Positions 28,996 to 38,896 of a DNA stretch of 64,000 nucleotides are shown piece after piece. The notes under the pieces are model-generated. The model did no database searches. It saw only the letters and a program-made list of their open reading frames with translations, and had not been told where the DNA came from. The stretch is from the NCBI RefSeq assembly GCF_000739575.1, contig NZ_BBJO01000013.1:1-64000 (forward strand). The letters run 5' to 3'. Position 1 is the first letter of the stretch; the number at the start of each line of letters is the position of its first letter. The stretch is from Halobellus rufus (lineage in GTDB: Archaea > Halobacteriota > Halobacteria > Halobacteriales > Haloferacaceae). The translations under genes and the position numbers were made by a program.

Positions 28996-29254
28996 TTTCG
29001 GCGTCGAGCAGACGATGAGCGTACCCAGGAGAGCGTTTTTATGCGATGGCGGGACCAGAGCGGTCGTGATCTGACGACCACCACGGCGCGCACAGCGGTT
29101 GCGTGGCACACCGCGTCGTGATCTGCGTTGGCGGCGGCGTGCACTCGCGGTCGCTGCCGACGCCTGCCGCTCTGTGCCGCCTGCTCGCCCCTTATTCCAG
29201 TCGGTGCTCCGTCACTGCTCGGATCGGCCCGACAACAACGCGGTCGCCCGTCGA

Positions 29255-30064
29255 CTACCGCGCGGTCGAGACGTCGCCGTCGCCGGTGGTCTCGGTCACC
29301 TCGTAGAGCACCTCCGCGTCCCGCAGCGCGTCCGTCACCCGCCCCACGAGATCCGTCGTCGCGACGACCACGCTGTCGACGCCGCGGGCGGCGGCCGCGG
29401 CGGCGACCTCGCCGGCGGCGAACGTGGTCTCGACGTCGACGTCGGCCGCGCGCAGCGCCACCACCGCTTCGACGCCGGCGGCGACGACGAGTCCCACGTC
29501 CGCGCAGGTTCGCGCGAGTTCGTCGGTCGAGACGGCCCGGCTCCCGCCCGACCGCGCCGAGGGGATCTGGACGACGGTGACTCGTCCCGGGTCGATCTCG
29601 ATGATCCCCTCGAAGCCGGTGACGCTCACGTCCTCGCCGGGGTCGGCGGCGGTAGTGGCCACGCCGGTGGCCGGTCCATCGTCCTCCGGCGCGGCGTGCA
29701 GCAGGCCGTCGCGGAGCGACAGCGTCACCGTGTCGCCGCTCTCGATCCGCTCTGTCGCGATCGCCGCGTCCTCCTGGACGCTCTCGAGGACGTCGTCGGT
29801 GACGTGCTCAGCGAACCGTCGGAGTCCCTTCGCCTCCTGAAAGAGCCAGTCGACGCCCTCTTTCGTCACCCGGTAGCGCGAGCGCGCCTCCTTCTCGACG
29901 TAGCCGTCGTCGACGAGTTCGCGGATGTACTCGCTGACGGCCTGGCTCGTCACGCCGACCGCCTCGGCGATCTCCCCCTGACTCACCGCCGGCTGCCGGT
30001 CGGCGATCTCGACGAGGATCCGAAACCGGGTCGCCGTTCGCTTGTCTTCGAGCGCGCCGCTCAT
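29255..30064 (-). CDS. HTH transcriptional regulator with C-terminal DRTGG-like domain
   Basis: N-terminal wHTH (SQGEIAEAVGVTSQAVSEYIRELVDDGYV). C-terminal Ala/Val-rich alpha/beta segment. Family is not certain. Confidence 0.45.
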   Translation of the reverse strand: MSGALEDKRTATRFRILVEIADRQPAVSQGEIAEAVGVTSQAVSEYIRELVDDGYVEKEARSRYRVTKEGVDWLFQEAKGLRRFAEHVTDDVLESVQEDAAIATERIESGDTVTLSLRDGLLHAAPEDDGPATGVATTAADPGEDVSVTGFEGIIEIDPGRVTVVQIPSARSGGSRAVSTDELARTCADVGLVVAAGVEAVVALRAADVDVETTFAAGEVAAAAAARGVDSVVVATTDLVGRVTDALRDAEVLYEVTETTGDGDVSTAR

Positions 30065-30195
30065 ACCGGCCCGTGGGTCGCCGCCGAGAAAAACCCCAAC
30101 GGAACGGCGTCGCCCGTCGGGACGCGCTCGGGGGTCGACGCGACGAGCGGCGGCGCTGCCGACAGCGATTTCACGGCATCAGTCCAACAGCCGTC

Positions 30196-30921
30196 GTGGA
30201 CGACGACACCGCGCTGACGACTGCCGCGGACGACATCGCGTTCCGCTCGCGGTCGATCTACCTCCGCGGAGCCGACGCGCTCGTGCTCGCAGACCTCCAC
30301 GTGGGTCGGGGCGAAGCGTCGAACGTGACCCTCCCGGTCGGCGAGCGGCGTGACCTCACCAGCCGGCTGGACGCGCTTCTCGATGCGACCCGACCGGCGA
30401 CGACCGTCTTCGCCGGCGACGTGCTCCACCGGTTCGGTCCCGTCTCCGAGCGGAGTCGGGAGACCGTCGCGGCGCTCCGCGACTGCTGTGCAGACGCGGG
30501 GAGCGATCCCGTGTTCGTCCGCGGGAACCACGACACGGCGCTCGACACCGTCTGCGACGACGTGCGCGAGTGCTACGTCGTCGGCGGGGAACCGAAGACC
30601 GTCGTCTGCCACGGCCACGAGGAGCCGCCCGTCGCGGCCGACCGCTACGTGATCGGCCACGACCACCCGGCGATCGAGATCGAGGGCCGCCGCCGTCCGT
30701 GCGCGCTCGTCGCGCCCGACGCGCACCGCGGGGCCGACGTGGTGATGGTGCCGGCCTTCTCTCGACTCGCGCCCGGCGTGGAGATCAACGACGCCCGAGC
30801 CGACGACCTGTTGTCGCCGCTGCTCGACGGTCTCGACGACGTTCGACCGGTCGTCTACGACGACGACCGGGCGGAGGCGCTCGCGTTTCCGCCGCTCTCG
30901 TCGTTCCGCCGGATGCTGTGA
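30196..30921 (+). CDS. metallophosphoesterase (calcineurin-like)
   Basis: Motifs LADLHVG, FAGDVLH, GNHD, GHDH. Start set at the GTG at 30196; the upstream in-frame part of track ORF 30073..30921 is Arg-rich and unlikely. Confidence 0.55.
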   Translation: MDDDTALTTAADDIAFRSRSIYLRGADALVLADLHVGRGEASNVTLPVGERRDLTSRLDALLDATRPATTVFAGDVLHRFGPVSERSRETVAALRDCCADAGSDPVFVRGNHDTALDTVCDDVRECYVVGGEPKTVVCHGHEEPPVAADRYVIGHDHPAIEIEGRRRPCALVAPDAHRGADVVMVPAFSRLAPGVEINDARADDLLSPLLDGLDDVRPVVYDDDRAEALAFPPLSSFRRML

Positions 30922-30930
30922 GCGTCCGCC

Positions 30931-32268
30931 TCAGCGGTCGCGCTCGACGGCCCGCGCGGCCTCGCGGCCGCTCCGCAGCGCTCCCTGGATCGACGACCAC
31001 GCGGTGTAGTCGCCGGCCAGATACGTCGCGCCGCCCGCCGCGCGAACGCCCGGGAGCGTCTCGTGGAGCCCCGGGGGCTGCGCGAACTGCGCGAACTCGA
31101 TGCGGTGCGTCCGAACCGGCTCCAGCGCCGAGAAGTCGCGTTCGGGGTACCACGCTTCGAGCGTCAAGCGCGTCTCCTCTGCCAGCGCGTCGGCGTCGCG
31201 GTCCAGCGCGGTCTCGCCCAGGAACGTCGCGTTCAGGAGCGCAGAGCCGTCGGGCGCGTACTCGGGGGCGACCTCGGAGATCGGAACGACGGTGTTCGGC
31301 GACGGATCGCCGGCGTTGAGCAGGAGCTTCCGGCCGGTCCGCGGGACCGACTCCTCTGGCAGGCGGTAGTACTGCGTCACGCAGCTTCGCGCCTCCCGCG
31401 GGATCGAATCGATCCCCGTGAGCCGGTGGGCCTCCTTCGGGTCGGTGGCGACGACGACCGCGTCGGCCGCGATCGTGCCCGCCTCCGTTTCGACGGCGAC
31501 GCCGCCGTCCCTGCCGCGGACGCTATCGTCACCTCGATCCTCGCCGACGCCGTCGTCGATCGAGGTGACCCGCTCGTCGAGTCGGATCGACGCGCCGGCG
31601 TCGCGAGCGCGGTCGGCCAGTTGCTCGGGGACCGCGCCCATCCCCGCCGCCGGGACCGCGATCCGCCCCTCCGAGAGCGCCTTGAAGGTGTACTCGAAGA
31701 CGCGCTTCGAGGTCGAGAGCGACCGATCGAGCGTGATGCCTCCGTAGAAGGGCGCGACGAAGTTGTCGACGTAGTCCTCGGAGAAGCCCCACTCCCGGAG
31801 GTACGATCGAATCGACCGGTCCGAAGCGCGGAAGATCTCCGACTCCGTCCGGGTGCCGACGTGCTGTCTGAGAAGCAGCGTCCGGAACTTGTCGCTCAGC
31901 GTCACCTCGCTGTTCCGGAGCGACGCGCCAGCGGCGCGGACGTCCCGGAGCGGGTCCGAGAGGACCGACCGCGATCCCGGGCGCGCGATGACCGCGCCGG
32001 GTCGGAAAAAGCGGAGGTCCAGCGCGTCCAGATCGAGTTCGCGGCGGACAGCCGGATACGCGGTGAAGAGCACCTGGAACCCCCGATCGAGCGTGAACCC
32101 GTCGCGGTTCTCGGTCCGCACTCGTCCGCCGACGGTCGAACGCCGCTCCACGACGGTCACGTCCGCGCCCGCGGTCGCGAGTCGACGGGCGGCGACGAGA
32201 CCGGCCAACCCCGCGCCGACGACCACGACGGAATCTCCGTCCATACGCCGACTTCGGTCGGCGACCAC
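30931..32268 (-). CDS. NAD(P)/FAD-dependent oxidoreductase (amine-oxidase/phytoene-desaturase-like)
   Basis: Rossmann motif VVVVGAGLAGLVAARRL near the N-terminus. Alternative start MDGDSV at 32244. Confidence 0.7.
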   Translation of the reverse strand: MVADRSRRMDGDSVVVVGAGLAGLVAARRLATAGADVTVVERRSTVGGRVRTENRDGFTLDRGFQVLFTAYPAVRRELDLDALDLRFFRPGAVIARPGSRSVLSDPLRDVRAAGASLRNSEVTLSDKFRTLLLRQHVGTRTESEIFRASDRSIRSYLREWGFSEDYVDNFVAPFYGGITLDRSLSTSKRVFEYTFKALSEGRIAVPAAGMGAVPEQLADRARDAGASIRLDERVTSIDDGVGEDRGDDSVRGRDGGVAVETEAGTIAADAVVVATDPKEAHRLTGIDSIPREARSCVTQYYRLPEESVPRTGRKLLLNAGDPSPNTVVPISEVAPEYAPDGSALLNATFLGETALDRDADALAEETRLTLEAWYPERDFSALEPVRTHRIEFAQFAQPPGLHETLPGVRAAGGATYLAGDYTAWSSIQGALRSGREAARAVERDR

Positions 32269-32331
32269 AAAGAGACTGCGTCCGCCGCGCGAAGTGAGTA
32301 GGGATTTGTCCGTCGGACCGAAAGGTCGGGT

Positions 32332-33503
32332 ATGTCGACTACTGAGGCGTTTCGCGGACTCGTCTGCACCGAGACCGACGAGCGCGACGACGCGACCGCG
32401 ACAGGACGCAGCGAGGCCGGCGCGCGGCTCGAAGCCGCCTACGACTACGACGCCGTCGACTGGACCGGCGACACGCTCGCGGGCGGGCCGGAGTCGATGT
32501 GGCGGTACGCCGACCTGCTGGCCTTCGAGGACCCGCTCACCGCGGCCGAGGGGGGAACGCCACTCGTGTCGGCACCGTCGCTCGCGTCCGAAGCGGACCT
32601 CGGCTCCCTCTCGATCAAAGACGAGGGGCGAAACCCGACGGGGACGGTACTGGACCGCGGCCTCGCCACCGCGGTGACGGCCGCGCGAGAGGCCGACGCG
32701 GACCTCGTCGCGCTCGCGTCGCCGGGCAACGCCGGGCAGTCGGCCGCCTCGTACGCCGGATGGCCGATCTCCGCTCGTACGCCTTCGTCCCCTCCCGTTC
32801 GCCGTTCTCGAACAAGGCGATGATCAACGTCCACGGCGGCGAGATGCGCGTCGTCGGGGGGCGGTACCCCGACGCCGAGGACGCCCTTCACGAGCAACTG
32901 CAGTCGGCGTGGTACACCCTTCAGGAGTTCGACAACCCGCACCGACACGACGGGATCAAGACCGTCGCCTTCGAGATCGCCGAGTCGCGCTCGTGGTCCG
33001 CCCCGGACGCCGTCGTCGTTCCGGAGGGGACGGGCGAGGTCGTCGCCGGCGTCGAGAAGGGATTCCGCGAGCTCCGCGAGATCGGGCTGCTCGACGACGT
33101 GCCGCCGGTCTACGCCGCTCAGCCCTCGGGCTGTGCCCCGATCGTCGCCGCCCACGAGCGCGGGGCCGACGCGATCGAGCCGTGGGAGTCGCCGGACACG
33201 ATCGTCGGCGAACTGGAGATCCCCGAGCCGAAGGGTGGCGACGTCGCCCTCGGGGCGGTCCGGTCGACGGGCGGTGGCGTCGTCGCCGTCGACGACGAGG
33301 ACAGCTTAGAGAGCGCCGTTCTCGCCGCACAGCGGGTCGGCGTCGAAGCGGGGCCTGCGGGCGGTGTCGCGCTCGCGGGGGCGGCGGCGCTCGCAGAGGA
33401 GGGAGCGTTCGACAGCGACGCCGACGTCGTCGTCCTCAACGCGGCCTCGGGCGTGAAGACCGCCGACGTGCTCCGGAGTCACCTGATGGGCAAGGGGATC
33501 TAG
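32332..33503 (+). pseudogene. thrC: threonine synthase paralog, frameshifted and lacking the PLP lysine
   Basis: N-terminal part in frame +1 (32332..32823: ...SLSIKDEGRNPTGTVLDRG...ASPGNAGQSAASYAG). Continuation in another frame (32499..33503: ...RMADLRSYAFVPS...). The junction is near 32752-32765. The canonical S-F-K-D-R-G PLP-lysine motif reads T-V-L-D-R-G. Confidence 0.6.
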
Positions 33504-33597
33504 ACGGGGGCGCTCCCGATCCGAACCGGGGACAGCACTGACTCCCCGGCCCGCATTTCGGGCCCGCGAGGCAGTATTTTGATCGTCAGATTATTAC

Positions 33598-33613
33598 TTT
33601 AGACGAGTCTAAA
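33598..33613 (+). promoter_or_regulatory. perfect 7-2-7 palindrome TTTAGAC-GA-GTCTAAA at the DtxR-family gene promoter (candidate operator)
   Basis: Sequence read directly. Lies 8 nt upstream of the ATG at 33621, downstream of an AT-rich TATA-like element (attattac, about 33590-33597). Confidence 0.4.
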
Positions 33614-33620
33614 AGTGGAT

Positions 33621-34337
33621 ATGCTGAGCGACGTGATGGAGGATTATCTCAAAACGATCTACCAGATCCAGGCCCGTTCGGGGCCGCCCGTCTCCACGTC
33701 GGCGATCGCGACGGCGCTCGATAAGACGCCCGCGACGGTGACGAGTATGCTCGGGACGCTCGAAGAGCGCGGGCTGATCACCCGCGAGAAGTACAAGGGC
33801 GCAGAGCTGACGCGCGAAGGGGAAACGGTCGCACTCGAGGTCCTCAGACACCACCGGTTGCTCGAAGCGTATCTCGCGGAACGACTGGACTACTCCTGGA
33901 GCGAGGTCCACGAGGAGGCCGACGCGCTGGAGCACCACATCAGCGAGGAGTTCGAGCGACGCGTCGCGGCCGCGCTCGACGACCCCGCGGTCGATCCGCA
34001 CGGCGACCCGATCCCGTCGGCCGACCTCGCGCCGCTGGAAGACGACGACGCGACCCCGCTATCGACGAGAGAGGTCGGCGACACCGTCGTCGTCTCGCGC
34101 GTCAGCGACCGCGACCGCGAGGAGTTGGAGTACCTCGCCGAGGCGGGGATCACCCCCGGGACGACGCTCGGGATCGTCGACGTCGCCCCCTTCGGAATGG
34201 TCACCGTCGAGACCGACGACGGCGGCGAGCAGAGCCTCCCGGAGTCGATCGCCGAGGCGATCTACGTCGTCGACGCTGATACGGATGGCACCGACCGCGA
34301 CGCCGGTAGCGACGTGCAGGAGGCTGGCAACGCGTGA
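33621..34337 (+). CDS. DtxR/MntR/IdeR-family metal-dependent transcriptional repressor with C-terminal FeoA/SH3-like domain
   Basis: wHTH (VSTSAIATALDKTPATVTSMLGTLEERGLI), metal-site/dimerisation region (LRHHRLLEAYL...HEEADALEHHIS), C-terminal FeoA-like domain. Start taken at the ATG at 33621 (track GTG at 33615). Confidence 0.8.
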   Translation: MLSDVMEDYLKTIYQIQARSGPPVSTSAIATALDKTPATVTSMLGTLEERGLITREKYKGAELTREGETVALEVLRHHRLLEAYLAERLDYSWSEVHEEADALEHHISEEFERRVAAALDDPAVDPHGDPIPSADLAPLEDDDATPLSTREVGDTVVVSRVSDRDREELEYLAEAGITPGTTLGIVDVAPFGMVTVETDDGGEQSLPESIAEAIYVVDADTDGTDRDAGSDVQEAGNA

Positions 34338-35035
34338 GTACGTACCTCGAAATCGTCGTCGTCGCGTTCGTCGCCCAACTGGCCGTGCTCCCGGGCGAAA
34401 AGGTGCAGTTCATCATCGCCGGGCTGTCGACCCGCTACGATCCGAAGGTGGTCGTCGCGGCCGCGGGATCGGCGTTCGCGGGCTGGACCGCGATCGAGAT
34501 CCTCGTCGGACGCGCGCTGCAGGAGGCGCTCTCGCCGACCGTCCTCGACGCGGTGACGGCCGTGCTCTTCCTGACCTTCGCGGTCCTGCTGTACCGGTCG
34601 GCCCCGGCGTCGGGAGACGGGACCCCGTCGGCGACGACCGACGGCGGAGTCGTCGATCTCGACTCGGTGACGCTCCCCGGGCCGCTGGAGCGCTACTCGG
34701 GGTCGCTCGGCGGGTTCGTCCCGATCTTCGCGCTGATGGTCACCGGCGAGTTCGGCGACAAGACGCAGTTGGTCACCATCGGGCTGGCCGTCCAGTACGG
34801 GGCGACCTCCGCCATCTGGGTCGGCGAGATGCTGGCGATCATTCCGATCAGCCTCGCGAACGCGTACTTCTTCCACGCGTTCGCCCACCGGGTCGATATG
34901 CGGAAAGCGCACTTCGCCGCGGCCGCGCTGTTCGCCTTCTTCGGGCTCGATACGGTGCTCTCGATCCTCACCGGCTTCTCGCTGTGGGAGTCGTTCATCG
35001 GGGCCGTCAGCGCCGCCGCGGTCGGACTCCTCTAG
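34334..35035 (+). CDS. GDT1/TMEM165/UPF0016-family cation (Mn2+/Ca2+) transporter
   Basis: Two copies of the E-x-G-D-(K/R)-(T/S) motif (LPGEKVQF degenerate; GEFGDKTQL canonical) in a 6-7 TM protein. The 4-nt overlap with the regulator's stop indicates co-transcription. Confidence 0.7.
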   Translation: MSTYLEIVVVAFVAQLAVLPGEKVQFIIAGLSTRYDPKVVVAAAGSAFAGWTAIEILVGRALQEALSPTVLDAVTAVLFLTFAVLLYRSAPASGDGTPSATTDGGVVDLDSVTLPGPLERYSGSLGGFVPIFALMVTGEFGDKTQLVTIGLAVQYGATSAIWVGEMLAIIPISLANAYFFHAFAHRVDMRKAHFAAAALFAFFGLDTVLSILTGFSLWESFIGAVSAAAVGLL

Positions 35036-35094
35036 GCGGCCTAGCGCCTTCGGACCGGGCGCGACCGGAGAATCGACTCCCGCTCCGCCGTTTC

Positions 35095-35110
35095 GGACCT
35101 TTTTTCTCGG
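35095..35110 (+). terminator. T6 tract after GDT1 gene (archaeal oligo-T terminator candidate)
   Basis: cggaccTTTTTTctcgg 60 nt after the stop at 35035, preceded by GC-rich repeats of cggacc. Confidence 0.3.
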
Positions 35111-35131
35111 TTTGTACCCTCTGTTAGCTCG

Positions 35132-35848
35132 ATGACGAGTCTCCCCGTGACGCTCGCTGCCGGGATCCTCTTCGGCATCGCGCTCGCCGCACCGCCCGGG
35201 CCGATGAACGCCATCATCGCGGAAGAGAGCGTTCTCAGCGGCTGGGTCGCCGGGTTCAAGGCCGGGCTCGGGGCGATGACCGCCGACGCCATCTTCTTCG
35301 TCCTCGCGCTGCTCGGCGTCGTCGCGTTCGTCGAGCAGTTCCCGATCGTCCGCGCGGTGATGATCGGTCTCGGCGGCGTGTTGATGCTGTACTTCGCCTA
35401 CGGTGCCGTCGCCGACATCCGGTCGTCGTTCCGGAGGAACGCGGCGGACGAACCGCAGGAGAGTTCGGACGCGGAGAACCTCGGAGCGCGCGCGACGACG
35501 GGCTTCCGCAAGGCGTTCGTGCTCGCGCTCACCAACCCCTATCAGATCCTGTTCTGGCTGACGATCGGCGTCGGGATGCTCCAGCCCGGACGGGTCGACG
35601 TCCTCGCGGAGATGCCGTACGCGGGCGGGGCGCTCTCGGGCCTCGTCGTCGTCGACACCGGCTCCCCCGCGCTGATCGCGGGCTTCTTCGGCGGGATCGT
35701 CGTGTGGATCGTCGGGTTCCCGGCCGCGCTCGTCGGTGCCGAACGCCGCGTCGACGCCTTCGCGCCGATCGTCGCGGGCATCAGCGCCGTCGTGCTCGCG
35801 GCGTTCGGTGTGCTGTTCGTGGCCCAGAGCGCAGAGATTCTGTTGTAA
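35132..35848 (+). CDS. LysE/RhtB-family amino-acid exporter
   Basis: N-terminal LysE signature (GILFGIALAAPPGPMNAIIAEESV), six TM helices, about 238 aa. Confidence 0.75.
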   Translation: MTSLPVTLAAGILFGIALAAPPGPMNAIIAEESVLSGWVAGFKAGLGAMTADAIFFVLALLGVVAFVEQFPIVRAVMIGLGGVLMLYFAYGAVADIRSSFRRNAADEPQESSDAENLGARATTGFRKAFVLALTNPYQILFWLTIGVGMLQPGRVDVLAEMPYAGGALSGLVVVDTGSPALIAGFFGGIVVWIVGFPAALVGAERRVDAFAPIVAGISAVVLAAFGVLFVAQSAEILL

Positions 35849-35950
35849 CGTCTCCGCCGCCGGCGAACTCGAAGCTGGCAGCGTCGCGGACGCGCCGGGC
35901 GCGTTCTCACGAACGGGAAACACTTTGAGCGACCCGACGAAACGAGCGGT

Positions 35951-36997
35951 ATGTTCGAGAAGACGACGTGGATCAAGCTCCCGCGGAACGTCCTCGTCGG
36001 TCACGGCGTCCTCGACGACCTCTCGGCGGCGGTCGAGGAGCTCTACCTCTCGGGACGACCGCTCGTCGTGACGAGTCCGACGCCGAACGACCTCGTCGGC
36101 GACCGCGTCCGCGCGCAGTTCGACGTCGCGGGGACCGTCGTCGTCGAGACGGCGAGCTTCGACGCGGTCGAGCGCGTCGTCGACGCCGCTTCCGAGGCCG
36201 ACGCGGGCTACCTCGTCGCGCTCGGCGGCGGCAAGCCGATCGACACGGCGAAGATGGCGTCGGATCGGCTGAAATGCGGTCTCGTCTCCGTTCCGACGGC
36301 CGCCAGCCACGACGGCATCGTCTCGGGACGCTCTTCGATTCCCGAGGGCGACACCCGCCATTCGGTGGCCGCCGATCCGCCGCTGGCGGTCGTCGCCGAC
36401 ACGGAGATCCTCGCACAGGCTCCGTGGGAGCTCACGAGCGCGGGCTGTGCGGACATCATCTCGAATTACACCGCGGTGAAGGACTGGCAGCTCGCGCACC
36501 GTCTCAAGAACGTCGAGTACAGCGAGTACGCCGGCGCGCTCTCGCAGATGACCGCCGAGATGCTCGTGGAGTCGGCCGACGCCATCAAGCCCGGCTTCGA
36601 GGAGTCGGCGTGGCTGGTCGCGAAGGCGCTCGTCTCCTCCGGCGTCGCGATGTCGATCGCGGGCACCTCGCGACCCGCCTCTGGCGCGGAGCACCTCATC
36701 TCTCACCAGTTAGATCGGCTCGTCCCCGGGCGCGCACTCCACGGCCACCAGGTCGGCGTCGCCGCCATCGTGACGGAGTACCTCCACTCCGGCGAGCGCG
36801 GCGAGTGGAGCGACATCCGCGACGCGCTCGCGCAGATGGACGCGCCGACGACCGCGTCGGGGCTCGGAATCGACGACGAGACGTTCCTCGAAGCGCTGAC
36901 GACCGCCCACACGATCCGGGACCGCTACACGATCCTCGGCGACGGCGTCAGCGAGGCGGCCGCGCGCGAGGCGGCGACGTTCACCGGCGTGATCTGA
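35951..36997 (+). CDS. egsA: sn-glycerol-1-phosphate dehydrogenase
   Basis: Iron-ADH/DHQS-like fold with the G1PDH pattern (GGGKPIDTAK, HDGIVSGRSS, SGAEHLISHQLD). About 348 aa. Confidence 0.85.
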   Translation: MFEKTTWIKLPRNVLVGHGVLDDLSAAVEELYLSGRPLVVTSPTPNDLVGDRVRAQFDVAGTVVVETASFDAVERVVDAASEADAGYLVALGGGKPIDTAKMASDRLKCGLVSVPTAASHDGIVSGRSSIPEGDTRHSVAADPPLAVVADTEILAQAPWELTSAGCADIISNYTAVKDWQLAHRLKNVEYSEYAGALSQMTAEMLVESADAIKPGFEESAWLVAKALVSSGVAMSIAGTSRPASGAEHLISHQLDRLVPGRALHGHQVGVAAIVTEYLHSGERGEWSDIRDALAQMDAPTTASGLGIDDETFLEALTTAHTIRDRYTILGDGVSEAAAREAATFTGVI

Positions 36998-37072
36998 CCG
37001 GAGCGTAGTCCGTCGACGGCCGCGCGAGCCCGGATCCGAAGGACCGAATAGGAGCGACTCCCAACGCGCGGT

Positions 37073-37696
37073 ATGGCAACCTCCAGCGCCGACAACGCCG
37101 CAAAGCGGCACCCGCTCGCGGTGACCGCCCTGCTCTCGGTCGTCGGGTACGCGGCCGTCGTCGGCACCTTTCTCGGCGTCGTCCCCGCGAACGTCTTCCC
37201 CGAACTGTCGCTGTGGGAAGTGAACCGGCTCTCGGACGCGATCGCCCTAGTGAACGCCGTGAACGTCCTCGTGATCGCGACCGGCTGGCGCTGGATCCGC
37301 CGCGACGAGATTCGCAAGCACGCCGCCGCGATGGTGACGTCGTTCCTCCTCATCCTCGTGTTCTTGGTGCTGTATCTCACCAAGATCGGCGGCGGCGGCA
37401 CGAAGGAGTTCGTCGGCCCGGCGTTCGTCTACTACCCGTATCTGGCGATGCTGGCGGTCCACATCGTCCTCTCGATCGTGTCGGTGCCGGTCGTGCTGTA
37501 CGCGCTGGTGCTCGGAGCCACCCACACGCCCGCGGAACTCAGAAGCGAGACGCCGCACCGGCGCGTCGGGCGAATCGCCGCCGCCGCGTGGCTGCTGTCG
37601 CTCGCGCTCGGCGTGCTCACGTACCTGCTCTTGAACCACGCGTTCAGTTGGGAGTACGTCGAAGCCGCCGCCGCGGCGGTATCTTTGCTCCCCTGA
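37073..37696 (+). CDS. DUF420-family membrane protein
   Basis: Four TM helices, about 200 aa, with the conserved HxxxxxxL...P pattern of DUF420. Confidence 0.55.
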   Translation: MATSSADNAAKRHPLAVTALLSVVGYAAVVGTFLGVVPANVFPELSLWEVNRLSDAIALVNAVNVLVIATGWRWIRRDEIRKHAAAMVTSFLLILVFLVLYLTKIGGGGTKEFVGPAFVYYPYLAMLAVHIVLSIVSVPVVLYALVLGATHTPAELRSETPHRRVGRIAAAAWLLSLALGVLTYLLLNHAFSWEYVEAAAAAVSLLP

Positions 37697-37756
37697 GTGG
37701 CCGGGGCCGTCCCGTGAATGTCGAAGATTTTTATCGCCGCGACGAAACCCACGGGT

Positions 37757-38815
37757 ATGCGCGTCGCGTTCGTCTCGCTGTACACCGATCAACGGCGCTC
37801 CGACGGCGCGACGCAGCGGCTCCGCCGAGTCGCGGAGGGCCTCGCCGCACGCGGACACGACGTGTTTTGCTGCTGTGCGAAGTGGTGGGAGGGGCCGATA
37901 GACGCGTTCGAGCACAACGGCGTCGAGTACGTCGCCGTCACGGACTCGCCGGCCGTCCGGTCGTTCACCTCGAAGCTGCCGTTCGCGCTCCGGCGGGTGT
38001 CGCCGGACGTGATCCACTGCGCGAACAGTCCGCCGTCGCAGGTCGTCGCCGCCAAGACCGCCGCGCGGTTCCTCCGCGTGCCGGTCGTCGTCGACTGGTG
38101 GGCCGAGCGCGAGGGCGACACCGATCGAATGGCCCGGAAGGCTGCGAGCGGTGCCGACCGGGTGATCGCCCCGTCGCGGCTGGTCAAGACCGAGGCCCGC
38201 GAGCGCGGCGCGGCCGCCGAGTCGGTCACGCTCGTCCCGGAGTCGATCGACTTCGACCTCGTCCGCGAGGCGGACGTCGACAACCGCGCGGACCTCGTGT
38301 ACGCGCGCCGACTCGACGAGCACGCCAACGCCGAGACGTTCCTGCTCGCGCTCGCGGAACTCCGCGACCGGGAGTGGCGCGCGGTCGTCGTCGGCGACGG
38401 CCCCGAACGCGATTCGATCGAGCGGACCGCCGCCGACCTCCGCATCGACGACCGCGTCTCCTTCCTCGGCGACCTCGCGCCCGAGGAGTTCGTCCCGATC
38501 CTGAAGGGCGCGCACGTGTTCGCCCAGACAGCCACGGTCGAGCCGTTCGCCAGAGAGTTGCTCTGGGCGCTCGCCTGCGGATGCGTCGGGATCGTCGAGT
38601 ACCAGGCGCGGTCGAGCGCGCACGAACTGGTCGAGAGCTTCGATCGGGGCGCGCTCGTGACGAGTCCGCAGGAACTCGCCGACGAGGTCGCCGCCGCGGC
38701 CGCGCACGACACGGCCTCGGTCAACGAGGCGTTCGTCGGCTACGACCACGGGGAGATACTCGACTCCTACCGGCGGCTGTACGAATCAGCGATCGAGGAG
38801 TACGGGTTCTTCTGA
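37757..38815 (+). CDS. GT4-family glycosyltransferase (GT-B fold)
   Basis: MRVAFVSLY... N-terminal GT4 Rossmann. C-terminal E-x7-E region (FAQTATVEPFARELLWALACGCVGIV). Start at the internal ATG at 37757. Confidence 0.7.
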   Translation: MRVAFVSLYTDQRRSDGATQRLRRVAEGLAARGHDVFCCCAKWWEGPIDAFEHNGVEYVAVTDSPAVRSFTSKLPFALRRVSPDVIHCANSPPSQVVAAKTAARFLRVPVVVDWWAEREGDTDRMARKAASGADRVIAPSRLVKTEARERGAAAESVTLVPESIDFDLVREADVDNRADLVYARRLDEHANAETFLLALAELRDREWRAVVVGDGPERDSIERTAADLRIDDRVSFLGDLAPEEFVPILKGAHVFAQTATVEPFARELLWALACGCVGIVEYQARSSAHELVESFDRGALVTSPQELADEVAAAAAHDTASVNEAFVGYDHGEILDSYRRLYESAIEEYGFF

Positions 38816-38896
38816 GCGCCACTCCGCGGTCGAGAGCGCCCGTCCGATGCCCACATCCCCCCAGAGTTACGTGCCGACCCGTCGTACGGGGAGGCG

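Noticed and set aside
24772-29109. 1445-aa ORF on the minus strand
   Set aside because: Arg/Gly/Pro-rich translation with no domain content. It runs antisense/out-of-frame through ppsA, and only its last 375 codons (mfnA) are real. It is a typical long spurious ORF of high-GC DNA.
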